NCBI GenBank assembly: GCA_020137815.1
Contig: CM035351.1
Coordinates: 9,858,001 to 9,922,000 of the forward strand
Length of the DNA: 64,000 nt
From: Hormiphora californensis
Taxonomy: Eukaryota; Animalia; Ctenophora
Reading direction: 5' to 3'
Part shown: positions 39,068 to 50,139 of the stretch, piece after piece
Numbering within the stretch: position 1 is the first letter of the stretch
How the letters are laid out: every line of letters begins with the position of its first letter
Translations under genes and position numbers: made by a program
The notes under the pieces: model-generated
Databases searched by the model: none
Told to the model about the DNA's origin: nothing
What the model saw: the letters and a program-made list of their open reading frames with translations, nothing else

Positions 39068-40328
39068 GTTTATGGACAACTGAGACAATGATTTTATTGC
39101 AGGAAATAAATCACACGACGGTTTCGTCGAACATCGACATCATCAGGCTGCTAAAATAAGGTCACATTAATTAAAATTTAAATTTGACTTGCCAAAATAT
39201 TTTCCCGCCAAAACCGAAAAAGCCTAATAACCCTAGAACGGGGTGGGGCCAAGGTCTGGCCCCACTAGGTTTTGATCACCTCATCTAGCCCGATCGAACG
39301 CGACCAATGACGACCTCCTACGACGACCTAAACCCGTAATCCCACGTGGTGCCAGCCAACCGCCAGCCAAACGGTATCTATCACCTGGTATCAAAATCTA
39401 AGCTCTAAGTGACCAGGAACTGGTATTATTAGTGCTAATTGGTTATAACGTCATAAATCACATAATTACGAATAATTAGTGAACCGGGGGTGGTAGAGAC
39501 CTGCGGGATGGTGCTTTGGACTTTTCATAGAGTCCTTAATCATATCAGCAAGTCAAATTTAAAATTCCAGACCCAACTTCCCACAACTGACCCTACTACT
39601 CCACGATACTTAAACTTCCCTATATTAGTGAATCATTTTCTGAGTTTGTAATTTCATTCATACGGTCACACACTCTTCCCATCCGAGTTGTGTTTACACC
39701 AGGTACCAAGTTGAGAAACCTGTTTTGCAAATCGAGACCGTACGACAGAACACACTGTCACATTACTAACTGTCTTGTATGCCCCCTCATGACCCATCCT
39801 ACTTTGGATTGTACTGTCAAGGGAGTGGTATACAAGATAGTGTGTAAATTATGTAATGAAATATATGTGGGTGAGACGGCTAGACCGTGCCGTGAGCGTT
39901 TCAAGGAGTACAGATTGGCAGCGAAATCGCCCAATATCTACCCTAACGAAGCACTTGCAGCATACTACCAATCACAACACAATGGAGAACCCCCTGATTT
40001 AGAGTTTGACATATTGGCAACTGGCTTGGACCAGCCAGTCAGACGAAAAGTCACGGAGGCGATCCTAATCAAATCTCTTAAACCTAGCATTAACAAACGA
40101 GAAGAGGGAGAAAAGATCGAACAATATATTATCTGATACAGTATCTGATTTCTGATTCCTAGTTTGCGTGTGATGTATATATTGTATAGTTCCTATTTCG
40201 TGTATTTTAGATATTAGACATTAATTAATGTGACCTTATTTTTAGCAGCCTGATGATGTCGATGTTCGACGAAACCGTCGTGTGATTTATTTCCTGCAAT
40301 AAAATCATTGTCTCAGTTGTCCATAAAC
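39068..40328 (+). mobile_element. 5'-truncated Penelope-like element (Neptune-like) with inverted partial pLTR
   Basis: GIY-YIG ORF to 40136 (CHITNCLVC linker, GVVYKIVCKLCNEIYVGETAR, RKVTEAILIKSLKPSIN). 39068-39174 is the reverse complement of about 40220-40328. A MITE-like piece lies at about 39175-39600. Confidence 0.9.
40244..40286 (+). ncRNA. Minimal hammerhead ribozyme motif in Penelope pLTR (inverted copy at about 39110-39152)
   Basis: CTGATGA, then stem II GTCGA/TCGAC, then GAAAC; stems I and III are weak. Confidence 0.65.
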
Positions 40329-40875
40329 CTCTGTACAGTGTTTAGTTTATTATTAAAGTGCTGATTTATAATTTTATGTTGATTGACGTGTGTGATTTAC
40401 TATCTAACTATATCTAATGCAAATTTGACCGGAAATGTGACACCCTATCGTCAGTATGACAACGTGATTCGTCAGTGTAACGACGTGATCCGTCAGTGTG
40501 ACGACGTGATCCGTCAATGTGAAGATGTGATTCGTAGGTATGACGTATCACAAGTGCTTGAGAACTTGAGGGGTCAAATCACATACACAGAAGGGAGAGA
40601 AAGAGAGAGAGAGAAAAGGCGAGGGATCATATTTCAGTGTTCCCTATTCCAGCTACCATTTCACCGAAATTCGCCCGTAGGGCGAACGGGTTTGCTAGTA
40701 TATTTATAATTAACACTATGTTTTTGTAGCCCGATGAAGAGGTAGATCCTCGAAACTTGTTGCGACATTAGGTATAATACCCGTCTAGTTCATTTGTTCA
40801 GCCCAGAGAGAATAATAAAAACTCTGACTATCAAACATGAGGCTAATAAACAGTTATCCGATCACCCAACTGTCT
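40329..40875 (+). mobile_element. pLTR fragment of the second Penelope family, carrying a Helitron
   Basis: Matches 44868-45052 plus the tail seen at 43967-44037. Confidence 0.8.
40403..40698 (+). mobile_element. Non-autonomous Helitron with the same 5' end as 28954
   Basis: TCTAACTATATCTAATGC start, hairpin TTCGCCC/GGGCGAA, CTAG end. The empty site TACTA|TATATTT is visible at about 44948 with no TSD. Confidence 0.9.
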
Positions 40876-41764
40876 ACTGGGGTTGGTAATGAAATTCCCC
40901 CTCTGCGCTAGCTCACGGAGGGGTAATAATATCGCTTGTACGTTGGGAAAAAAATTCCTGTGTCCAAACTACAAAACAGAAAGTTCTAATTATTTGAACA
41001 TACCGAGGAAATTGTCTGAGCTACCTTTACATACCGGAATTTTTCGATATTTTGGCCATTAACACTGTTTTTGTTTTTGTAAACTATGAAGATGCTGGAA
41101 TTTGGCTACAAAAAGCTTCAGAAATGTGCAAAATGCCATTCCAAAGGTATTAGAGGTGGATTCATTGATAACTAAGCTATAGTCGAGTCAGAATAAATTC
41201 CACAAGATTGGAATTTTATGCCCATATAAGGAGTTCTGCGACACACCTCTGTTGTTAAACATGTGGTGGAATCGCTACCGGTCGTTACTTTCTGTAGAAT
41301 TCAGGTCCTGGTTACTATACAAACTAGTACCATACGTTTTAGATAGGTTTTAGACAAGTTTTCGATAACTTTTCATGAGAAGGTCCTGTAAATTTTCATT
41401 TTTAGGTAGGCGGTATTGTCACCCCTATATGCAATAATAGGGGTGACTTCGTAACCAACTACTGGGGTGAGAACCGACTAAGTGAAAAGTTAACCATTTT
41501 GCCCCGGTTTACCCTAATATCATTATTCAGTGCTTGTTCTGCTAGTCGCGTGTGCGGGGACGAGATAATCTTGCGCACTGCGCGCTAATGGAGTCCGCGC
41601 GTTACGTCAAGTGTGTTACGAATAAGAGTCTCAAATCGAGTCTGAAACTTGTGTAAGTTGTAACCTGTTTCAAATTGTAACCTGTTTCAAATTGTAAATT
41701 GTTTCAAATTGTAAATTGTAAACTGTTTCAAACTGTTTCAAATTTCTTATGAAAATGTATATAT

Positions 41765-42118
41765 AGGAGTTTCATGCTTGGAGTGGGGGCCACTGTGGGA
41801 CCTCCGAACTGTGGGAACTTCAAACTTTTCCAAGAGGGCAGCAAGAAGATGGAAAGCTCTGATGATGAACTAGATACACGGACCTACCTGCGGGAAACAG
41901 ATGTGGAAGAAGAACACGTCCGATACTGTCAAGAACAAACCGTGGAGTGGGTAAGCGAGGTATTAACCCTAACCGGTGGGTTCGGTGAAATAAACCCGAA
42001 CAGAGTGCAGCAGTATGGACCACAGACAGCGGAAGTTTGGAATGATCTGAAGGTCCCCTCCAGAACCAAACTCAATGCACTGACCAAGCCAGTGCTTTTA
42101 GACCTTGTGGAGGTGTCA
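41765..42118 (+). pseudogene. Probable LINE ORF1 N-terminal fragment preceded by a split SL-like sequence
   Basis: AGGAGTTTCA (41765) and TTCAAACTTTTC (41819) flank an inverted copy of the motif at 47308-47345. Then ATG MESSDDELD..., open for about 90 codons and truncated. Confidence 0.45.
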
Positions 42119-42315
42119 TAACCGACATAACCGACATTTTGACAAAAAATGTTCATTTTGGATATGTTCTTCAATTTTGAGAGCTTTTTCATGAACGGGA
42201 TCGTGTTCCGCAGGCCAAAATTAGTCGATTACAACCGAAATTTGCTTTCCACCAAGAAAAAACTAAAGTGGTCAAAAAACCAAAGTGGTCAAACACATTG
42301 CTGAACTAAAGGCAA

Positions 42316-43113
42316 AACAAGAATTATTGCATTATGTGTTCATAATGCTGAGTTTCCCTGCCCTACCGTTTCATATGTCAGTGACATTGTCACTGCCAAC
42401 AGGATCAAGGCTTGGTCATATTAATGTAATTTGAGATGCATACGATCTAGCTGTCAATATACTTCTCACATAGCTTAGAGTTAGCTAACTCCCAATCACA
42501 TGACACTTGCTAAGGCAGCGGATTACGGGGGCCCGGATGAGACGCCCGTACCAGTCGCCCGTACATTTGCTTTGCGCATTACGTTTCACCACACTTTCAC
42601 CACAACGAAACACATGCACGTGACGCGCATGTACCTTATTTGTGGTGAAAGTGCGATGAAACGTAATGCGCAAAGCAAATGTACGGGCGACTGGTACGGG
42701 CGATCTATACGGGCGATCTATTCGAGCCCCCGTAATCCCCCGTGTAACCAGCTTTTGACATTCCAACTTAACTACTTATCTAACATCTCACACTCGACTC
42801 GCAAGATGAAAATTTGTATGTAACACGCGAAACGCACGGCAGAGCATTTCATGTTTTGTTGAGTGGCGCGCACACACACGTCCATCAAACTGTGTCAATG
42901 AGGTGTTTGATGAAGGAGTAGCTCGTCACTGTGCGCGCGGCTCCAGTTGCTACACCGTTGCCCTCGCAACGAAAGTGTGACCAAAATGGTCCCTCTACCG
43001 ATTAGTTAGTATACCAAAATGTCGTTTTCGAATTCTAACCCTGCTATGCCTTTTTACAAAGTAAAAAGGCATCCGGGTGAATGCCTTCGGCATTCACCCG
43101 GGCAGGGAAAAAA
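42316..43113 (+). mobile_element. Helentron/HINE-like element with nested palindromic MITE (42526-42732, TA flanks)
   Basis: Same termini as 30020-30443. Confidence 0.75.
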
Positions 43114-43966
43114 TCAGGAAACAGTCATGGTGACTGCATCAGATACATCAGGCTTCGCCTAAGCTTCTCAATGGTCAGAAGCGTCACCCTTTCGATCCGT
43201 GGATTCCGTGGGAAGAAGACCGAAACTACATCTGATGATCTATGGAACATGAGAGTGTGTCAATGAACAATTGTTTTTTTAATTTATTATTTTAGTCCGT
43301 GATAGCGCAAGAGCGCATGTATATTGATAACAACTGAGAACTCTCAGCATCAAAGATTGTTTACGGGAGTGCTCTCCCCCCCAAAAAAAAAAAAGAAAGA
43401 AAAAACTAAAAAAAATTAAAATTCATGCCCACGATTCTGCAAGTTAGTAAAATTAGCAAGAAAAAAAAGGGAGAAAAATTTTTATTTTTGTTCATAAAGT
43501 GGATATCTGAAGGCTTAAACTGAAAGTACAGTCGGACCCCGATTTAGGGACACCCTCGGGGGAAAGGGTCTTGTCCACTAAATCGGGGTGTCCACTAAAT
43601 CGGGGTGAGCCATATTTGGCCCATAAAAACCTATTTTATGCCCAAAATGCTATATTATTAAGACTAAAGACACCTCTAACTGTTATATATGCAATATTCA
43701 TATATTGATGACATGATCATTTCTGATTAGAAATAGGAAAATATAAAATAATTTTTTTTCAAAAAAATTGTGGAAAAATTTTCTAAGTTATACCAGCCCG
43801 TCCGATTTGTGTTTCGAATCAGTGCAGCTTACTGGATGTCCTGTCTACAGGGTGTCCCATATATTCTGTGGGTCGGTTGGCGAGCTGTCACGCAAAAACG
43901 GTGATAGTTGTGTGAAAACAAACTACGGGAGTGTGCTGGATTAATTCCTTCCTAACTGATGGCTTT

Positions 43967-45052
43967 AGACAGTTGGGTGATCGGATAACTGTTTATTAGC
44001 CTCATGTTTGATATTCAGAGTTTTTGTTATTCTCTCTGTGGCTGGACAAATGAATCAGACGGGTATAATGACGCTACCAGTTTCGAGGATCTACCTCTTC
44101 ATCGGGCTACAAAAATAAATAGTGTTAATTATAAATATATAGTAAAAAACTAAAATCACACACGTCAATCAACACAAAATTATAAATCAGCACTTTAATA
44201 ATAAACTAAACACTGTACAGAGGAGCAAGTCTCATATGATCAGTACAGAGTGAACTGAAGTTACCGTTACAATACAGCAGGTGAGATGCAGTGATAAACA
44301 AATAGGGCGTGCATGAGGTGATACACAAGGACTATCACAAATTAATACAAACTATTACGCACACAAACACACGAACCCACTGGACAACAACAACAACAGC
44401 AACTAAATATTAAATTAAATATCTCGTAAGTTCGGAACATTCCTCTTTATTGTTCATACCAGGTCTCAGTTTCTGTATATACATGGCCTCTAAAATTTTC
44501 CTCTTTAAAATGTTTCTCTCGGTGGTTACTATCTTAACCCCCTAAACTCAGTTTTAAGATATTAACCACCGAGAGAAACATTTTAAAGAGGAAAATTTTA
44601 GAGGCCATGTATATACAGAAACTGAGACCTGGTATGAACAATAAAGAGGAATGTTCCGAACTTACGAGATATTTAATTTAATATTTAGTTGCTGTTGTTG
44701 TTGTTGTCCAGTGGGTTCGTGTGTTTGTGTGCGTAATAGTTTGTATTAATTTGTGATAGTCCTTGTGTATCACCTCATGCACGCCCTATTTGTTTATCAC
44801 TGCATCTCACCTGCTGTATTGTAACGGTAACTTCAGTTCACTCTGTACTGATCATATGAGACTTGCTCCTCTGTACAGTGTTTAGTTTATTATTAAAGTG
44901 CTGATTTATAATTTTGTGTTGATTGACGTGTGTGATTTTAGTTTTTTTACTATATATTTATAATTAACACTATTTATTTTTGTAGCCCGATGAAGAGGTA
45001 GATCCTCGAAACTGGTAGCGTCATTATACCCGTCTGATTCATTTGTCCAGCC
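43967..45052. mobile_element. Palindromic truncated Penelope-like element (second family), TSD ACTGATGGCTTT
   Basis: Arms of about 500 bp fold at about 44545. The right arm encodes the GIY-YIG tail KILTTERNILKRKILEAMYIQKLRPGMNNKEE. The left arm has an extra tail of about 70 nt. The 12-bp duplication is single-copy in the opposite arm of the host MITE. Confidence 0.88.
44981..45028 (+). ncRNA. Variant hammerhead motif (CCGATGA core); other copies at about 44065-44112 (-) and 40726-40770 (+)
   Basis: CCGATGA-A, stem II GAGG/CCTC, GAAAC, tggtagc, then GTC cleavage triplet. Confidence 0.65.
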
Positions 45053-47396
45053 ACTGATGGCTTTGTTTTTAAATTAAATTTCAAAAGTTCATTTTTCATG
45101 AATGAACATTCCTGTCATTCATTCGTGAATTCTGAAATATTGTTTACCTTGAGTAAAAAACTTTTCTTTGGCTCGAAATTATCTTTCCAATGAGCACCAT
45201 AAAAATCAAATTGAAGCACCGGATCGCATGGCAGGTGAGAAAATACAAATGCATGATTTTGGCCATTCCTGCGACTTTCAATCAGCTGTATCACCGCTAC
45301 TTTCAGTTCAATCCTTTTAAAAGTTTGGGTGAACATTGGTGAAGATAAGATCTTTGCTCACAAAAAAAATCAAGTTCAAAACTCAAAGTTCATTTTTCAT
45401 TTTTGGTAGTTCATTCCACTCATTCAGGAACAAACATCCCTAAAGTGACGAAAAGGTTTGGGTTTTGTTTGGCCCATGTCCTGAAACGACAGAGAGGAGT
45501 AAAAACGTGTTTCCGGGCTAGTTAGTGGGTGTCCATGTGATCATTATGATATCTGACACCTTTGCTGAGCCATAATTAAGAGATTTTCTCAAACTCAAAC
45601 ATGGGATACAAGTATTCTGCGATTGGTATCGTGCACCAATAACAAGAGATCCCATAGCACCTCAAAAATTATGATTAGCTAAATGAAATGAGTTTATTTA
45701 CGATTGAAAAGATTAAAACCAATGTAAAGTCGGACTAAACGAACATTTTCAAGCGTGAATCAACTCATTTCATTTAGCTAATCATAATTTTTGAGGTGCT
45801 ATGGGATCTCTTGTTATTGGTGCACGATACCAATCGCAGAATACTCGTATCCCATGTTTGAATTTGAGAAAATCTCTTAATTATGGCTCAGCAAAGGTGT
45901 CAGATATCATAATGATCACATGGACACCCACTAACTAGCCCGGAAACACGTTTTTACACCTCTCTGTCGTTTCAGGACATGGGCCAAACAAAACCCAAAC
46001 CTTTTCGTCACTTTAGGGATGTTTGTTCCTGAATGAGTGGAATGAACTACCAAAAATGAAAAATGAACTTTGAGTTTTGAACTTGATTTTTTTTTGTGAG
46101 CAAAGATCTTATCTTCACCAATGTTCACCCAAACTTTTAAAAGGATTGAACTGAAAGTAGCGGTGATACAGCTGATTGAAAGTCGCAGGAATGGCCAAAA
46201 TCATGCATTTGCATTTTCTCACCTGCCATGCGATCCGGTGCTTCAATTTGATTTTTATGGTGCTCATTGGAAAGATAATTTCGAGCCAAAGAAAAGTTTT
46301 TTACTCAAGGTAAACAATATTTCAGAATTCACGAATGAATGACAGGAATGTTCATTCATGAAAAATGAACTTTTGAAATTTAATTTAAAAACAAAGCCAT
46401 CAGTTAGGAAGGAATTAATCCAGCACACTCCCGTAGTTTGTTTTCACACAACTATCACCGTTTTTGCGTGACAGCTCGCCAACCGACCCACAGAATATAT
46501 GGGACACCCTGTAATTAGCGGGTTCAAAACGAACAGATACGTGATACCATGCCGAATCGGGGCACCCTAACCGGGTTAGGAAGTATGAAAATTTCAAAAT
46601 AACTTTTTCTCTCAAAATTTATGGGGAGCACCGATCAAAGCATTGACAATCGTACTGTAAAATTTTGCAAAAAAGTTTTAAAATTTTTTAAACGTATACC
46701 AGCCACGTCCGAATCGTGTTTTGAATCGGTACATCTTATCACATGTCCTGCTGCTAATTAGACGGTTCGGAACGAATCGAAAAGTGATCCCCATCGAATC
46801 GAAATTTTGACGCTTGGTGAACTTGTGATTCAATGGCCCCATGGGGATCACGTATCGGTTCGTTCCGAAACTTCTAATTAGCAGCAGGACATGCGATAAG
46901 ATTCACTGATTCGAAACACGATTCGGACGTGGCTGGTATTTTCAAAAAAATTTCACAAAAAATTTCACAAAAAAAATTCAAAAAATTTTTGGGGGAAAAA
47001 AATCCTGTCCCTAAATCGGGGTGTCCCTAAATCGGGGGTCCCTAAATCGGGGTCCGGCTGTAACAGCTGTATAAGTTGTCACGAGACGATTGATATGTGT
47101 ATTTTGTTCGAAATAACGCCCTAAAACATACTTTTTGAAATGAATATGCCCATATATGGGCATAGCTCGTGCCAACGTAATTGGGCCATGGTAGAGCCAA
47201 AACTTTGTGATAAAATGTTTTAGAATGATCGTAGGAGCTCATTTAACCCGATACCAAGTGAAATTTTGAATTAAATTAGGCATTTGAAAAAATAGCACAC
47301 GCGAGACCAGTTCGAAGGTCACACAGTGGCCCCCACTCCAAGCATTATGATGCTGCGGACGGTGACACCAGCCCTTCAAGGTTGGGACAGCAGTAT

Positions 47397-47442
47397 AGGA
47401 GTTTCAAACTTTTCAACACTACTTTAAACAAATTAACTTGAG
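47397..47442 (+). other. Spliced-leader exon-like sequence at the 5' end of a LINE
   Basis: AGGAGTTTCAAACTTTTCAACACTACTTTAAACAAATTAACTTGAG, about 1 mismatch to the recalled Pleurobrachia/Hormiphora-type SL. Followed by GT; no clear Sm site seen. Confidence 0.8.
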
Positions 47443-50139
47443 GTGTACGTATGTAAAGAGCGCCGTACACCACCCACAGTAAGCTCTCTCAAGAAGAAGA
47501 TCATCAACTACATCAGTTAGTCACTCTGAAGTTCGGACCACGCCACCCTCAGCCACATCATCATCCTGGGTCCTAACCCCGTCAGTCCGGCATGACGTGT
47601 TTTAGGTGGATTGTTGGCCCTGGCAGAGAAGCTGAAAGACAAGCAAGCTGATGCAGTGAAGTCAGTGATAACGCTTTTTCAACCAGGGAAGACTGCTACA
47701 GCGAATTCGAACAAAGTGACAACGGTAGGGAGACCAAACCTGAACGAATGCAGTACATTCTTGGGAATAGATGCTCTGTACTCAAAGGGCAACAAAGCGT
47801 TCTCAAATAAGGATCAACTAACGAAGATGATAGTCTAGTAAGGTCCAACTTAACATATTAATAGGTGCATCTGAATGCCTGGAATGTGGAGAAAACTTCA
47901 CCTTCCAGCGAGGGAGGAGAGAGATACTGAGGTCCTATGCAGTCAGCCCTCTCATGACTGTGAGAAAGTTGTGGGAGTGTGCGAGTCTAGGGATGAGGAT
48001 GGTATGCTGTCCCTGACCTCGGACGTCTGGCTATGTAGTGCATGTTTCAAACCAAAAGTAACGGAGACAGTGAGCAGCCGAGCTTCACTTCGACACCAAT
48101 GGCCAGTCAGACGGAAAAGAAGGATACCAGTGACCATCCCATGCAATTTCCGTCGCCACGTGACACAGCAACTCCAGGAGGCGGCTGAGGAGAGGGAAAC
48201 CGACGTTGAAGACGAAGAAAAGGGAAAAGCAACAGAAAAAGAGGAAGACGAGAAGGGCGAACTGGAAGAAGGAGAGATAGAGCAAGAAGATACGAGTAAT
48301 ATGGACGTGAAGGCACAGGAATTAGCCACAGCATTGAAGGAAGTTGAACGCAAGCAGAAAGATGAGGAGAAGTTTCCAAACACTGCTTCAACAACATGTT
48401 ACCGGTTAAAAACTGGGGCCTGCCCGCACGGCTTGCGGGGAAATAATGCAGCAGAGGGGAAACCAAACTGCACAAACTTTCACCCGAAGATATGTAAGAA
48501 GTTTTCTAGGAGTGGAACTGGAAAAGACGGGTGACCAGGGTGATAAGTGCAAGAGACTACACAAGACGAGATGCCCCGCTGCAAAGGAATCATGATGCGT
48601 AGACCAAACATGTAAGCTTTTACACCATCGTGGCACAGTCAGAGCCTGGAACGAGAAAGAGAAAAAGCAGAAAGGGTGAAGTTAAGATAGCAGTAGGGGC
48701 GAAAGGAGAAGAGTCTTATAGAAAAATTACAGCGAAGAACGATGCCGGTGATCGGAGCCAGCGATGGAGACCCCAGAGCGAGCAAGCAAAACAAAAGGCA
48801 GAGAACCTATCTGGAAGGAAACAAGCTCCCGAACTGCGAGGTAATCGTGAGAACTCAGCTCGGGGACAGCTAAACCAAAGAGGCAGACAGCAAACCCGGC
48901 ATACTACCTGACAGACACACGGTAGAACGGGAGACTGGGACAGAGGGAGACCGAAAGAGAGATGGGGCATGGGAAGAGGCTGTACTAATGACATTATGAC
49001 AAGTTCAGGCCCTTCGTCATTATCGTAATTGATCATATCTCCGGTTCCTGATAAGCTACAGAAATCTATTGCATACCGTTGGAAAGGAAATTTTAAGGCC
49101 CATTGAATGGCGTTGGTTTGAAGTCTTATCAGGAACAGGAGTTATGAGCCAAAACGTGAAAAGTTGATGTTAAAAAACTTTTTTACGTGTTTGAAAAAAC
49201 CCAAATTGGTGTGGCGCGCAACTTTTGCGTGTGCTGTTCTAAGCGCTCCTACTATTAGATAGAAATGAAAGCAGCAGATGGACTACACTATGGAGTGGAA
49301 AAAATGATGAGCAAGGGGAGTCTTTTTTAGACCAGCGCTCCATTCTGAAGCGACTAATGTAAACGGAACAGATGATTAGGAGGAGCCTCAGGTTAGGAGA
49401 CCAGAAAATGGAGGACAGGCAATTGGAAAGGGGAGGATGGAGGAGAGGAAACCATTTGGCGGGATCATATTAAACATGCAGTCAGCAAACCCAGGAGCCA
49501 GGAGCAGCTGCTCTTGGAAAATTGGAGCCTTAAAGGGGATAGTGGAAACTAGTCCGTTCAAGGTTCCTTTTATTGCTCTAACAGAAACCTGCTTGCGGGA
49601 CGGGATCGAAGATAAGCAGATCTCTCTAGGAGAAGAGTATGCTATTAACCGCAGGGATAGGGATGGCAGGACGGGAGGAAATGCAGAGAGAGAGATAACA
49701 GTTAATTGTGGGCCAAGAGGAACAGTTGCCAACAGACATGTCATTTTATCGTGTTTCCAGTGATTCTTTGTGATCTTTACACAAATCTGTCATAAGAGGG
49801 CGTCCGTCTATCGAGACACAAACTCACGGCAGTGCACGGCGCAATAGACCGGTGCAAATTGTTCGTGCGGGGCGGGCGTCTATTTGAGCGAGCGGGGTCT
49901 ATACACCCCCCAAAACTTACCAGTAGAGAACGTGGTATCGTTAGATTACGATCACTGCCAACTACTGATATATACATATATATGCACGGCACCAACACCC
50001 AAATGGATCATAGGGGTAGTTTACAGGGCCCCTTCGGTAACGGTGGGAAACTTCAAGGCAGTCTTAAATCGGATCAAAAAGTACATCCAGGGGATGTATG
50101 ACCATGTGGTCTGCATTACGGGAGACTTCAACACCCCTT

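Larger units (their letters stand above)
43848..46511. mobile_element. Mariner-like foldback MITE (arms of about 750 bp) hosting the Penelope palindrome
   Basis: TA|CAGGGTGTCCCATATATTC...GGGACACCCTG|TA; mirrored ORFs 45115(-) and 46121(+). Confidence 0.9.
43529..47060. mobile_element. Tc1/mariner(pogo)-like MITE, outer shell of a nested stack
   Basis: TA|CAGTCGGACCCCGATTTAG...CTAAATCGGGGTCCGGCTG|TA; other copies at 56521-57516 and 57670-57815. Confidence 0.85.

Noticed and set aside
45115-46342. Duplicated 73-aa gene on opposite strands
   Set aside because: Mirror ORFs from the two arms of a foldback MITE; no recognisable motif.
47322-47345. CACAGTG as Transib TIR or RSS heptamer (also 41791-41797)
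   Set aside because: The two copies face outward, similarity extends past the CAC end, and I see no 5-bp TSD or nonamer.
47397-47520. Intact SL RNA gene
   Set aside because: GT follows the leader, but there is no recognisable Sm-binding site and the sequence runs into a LINE ORF1.
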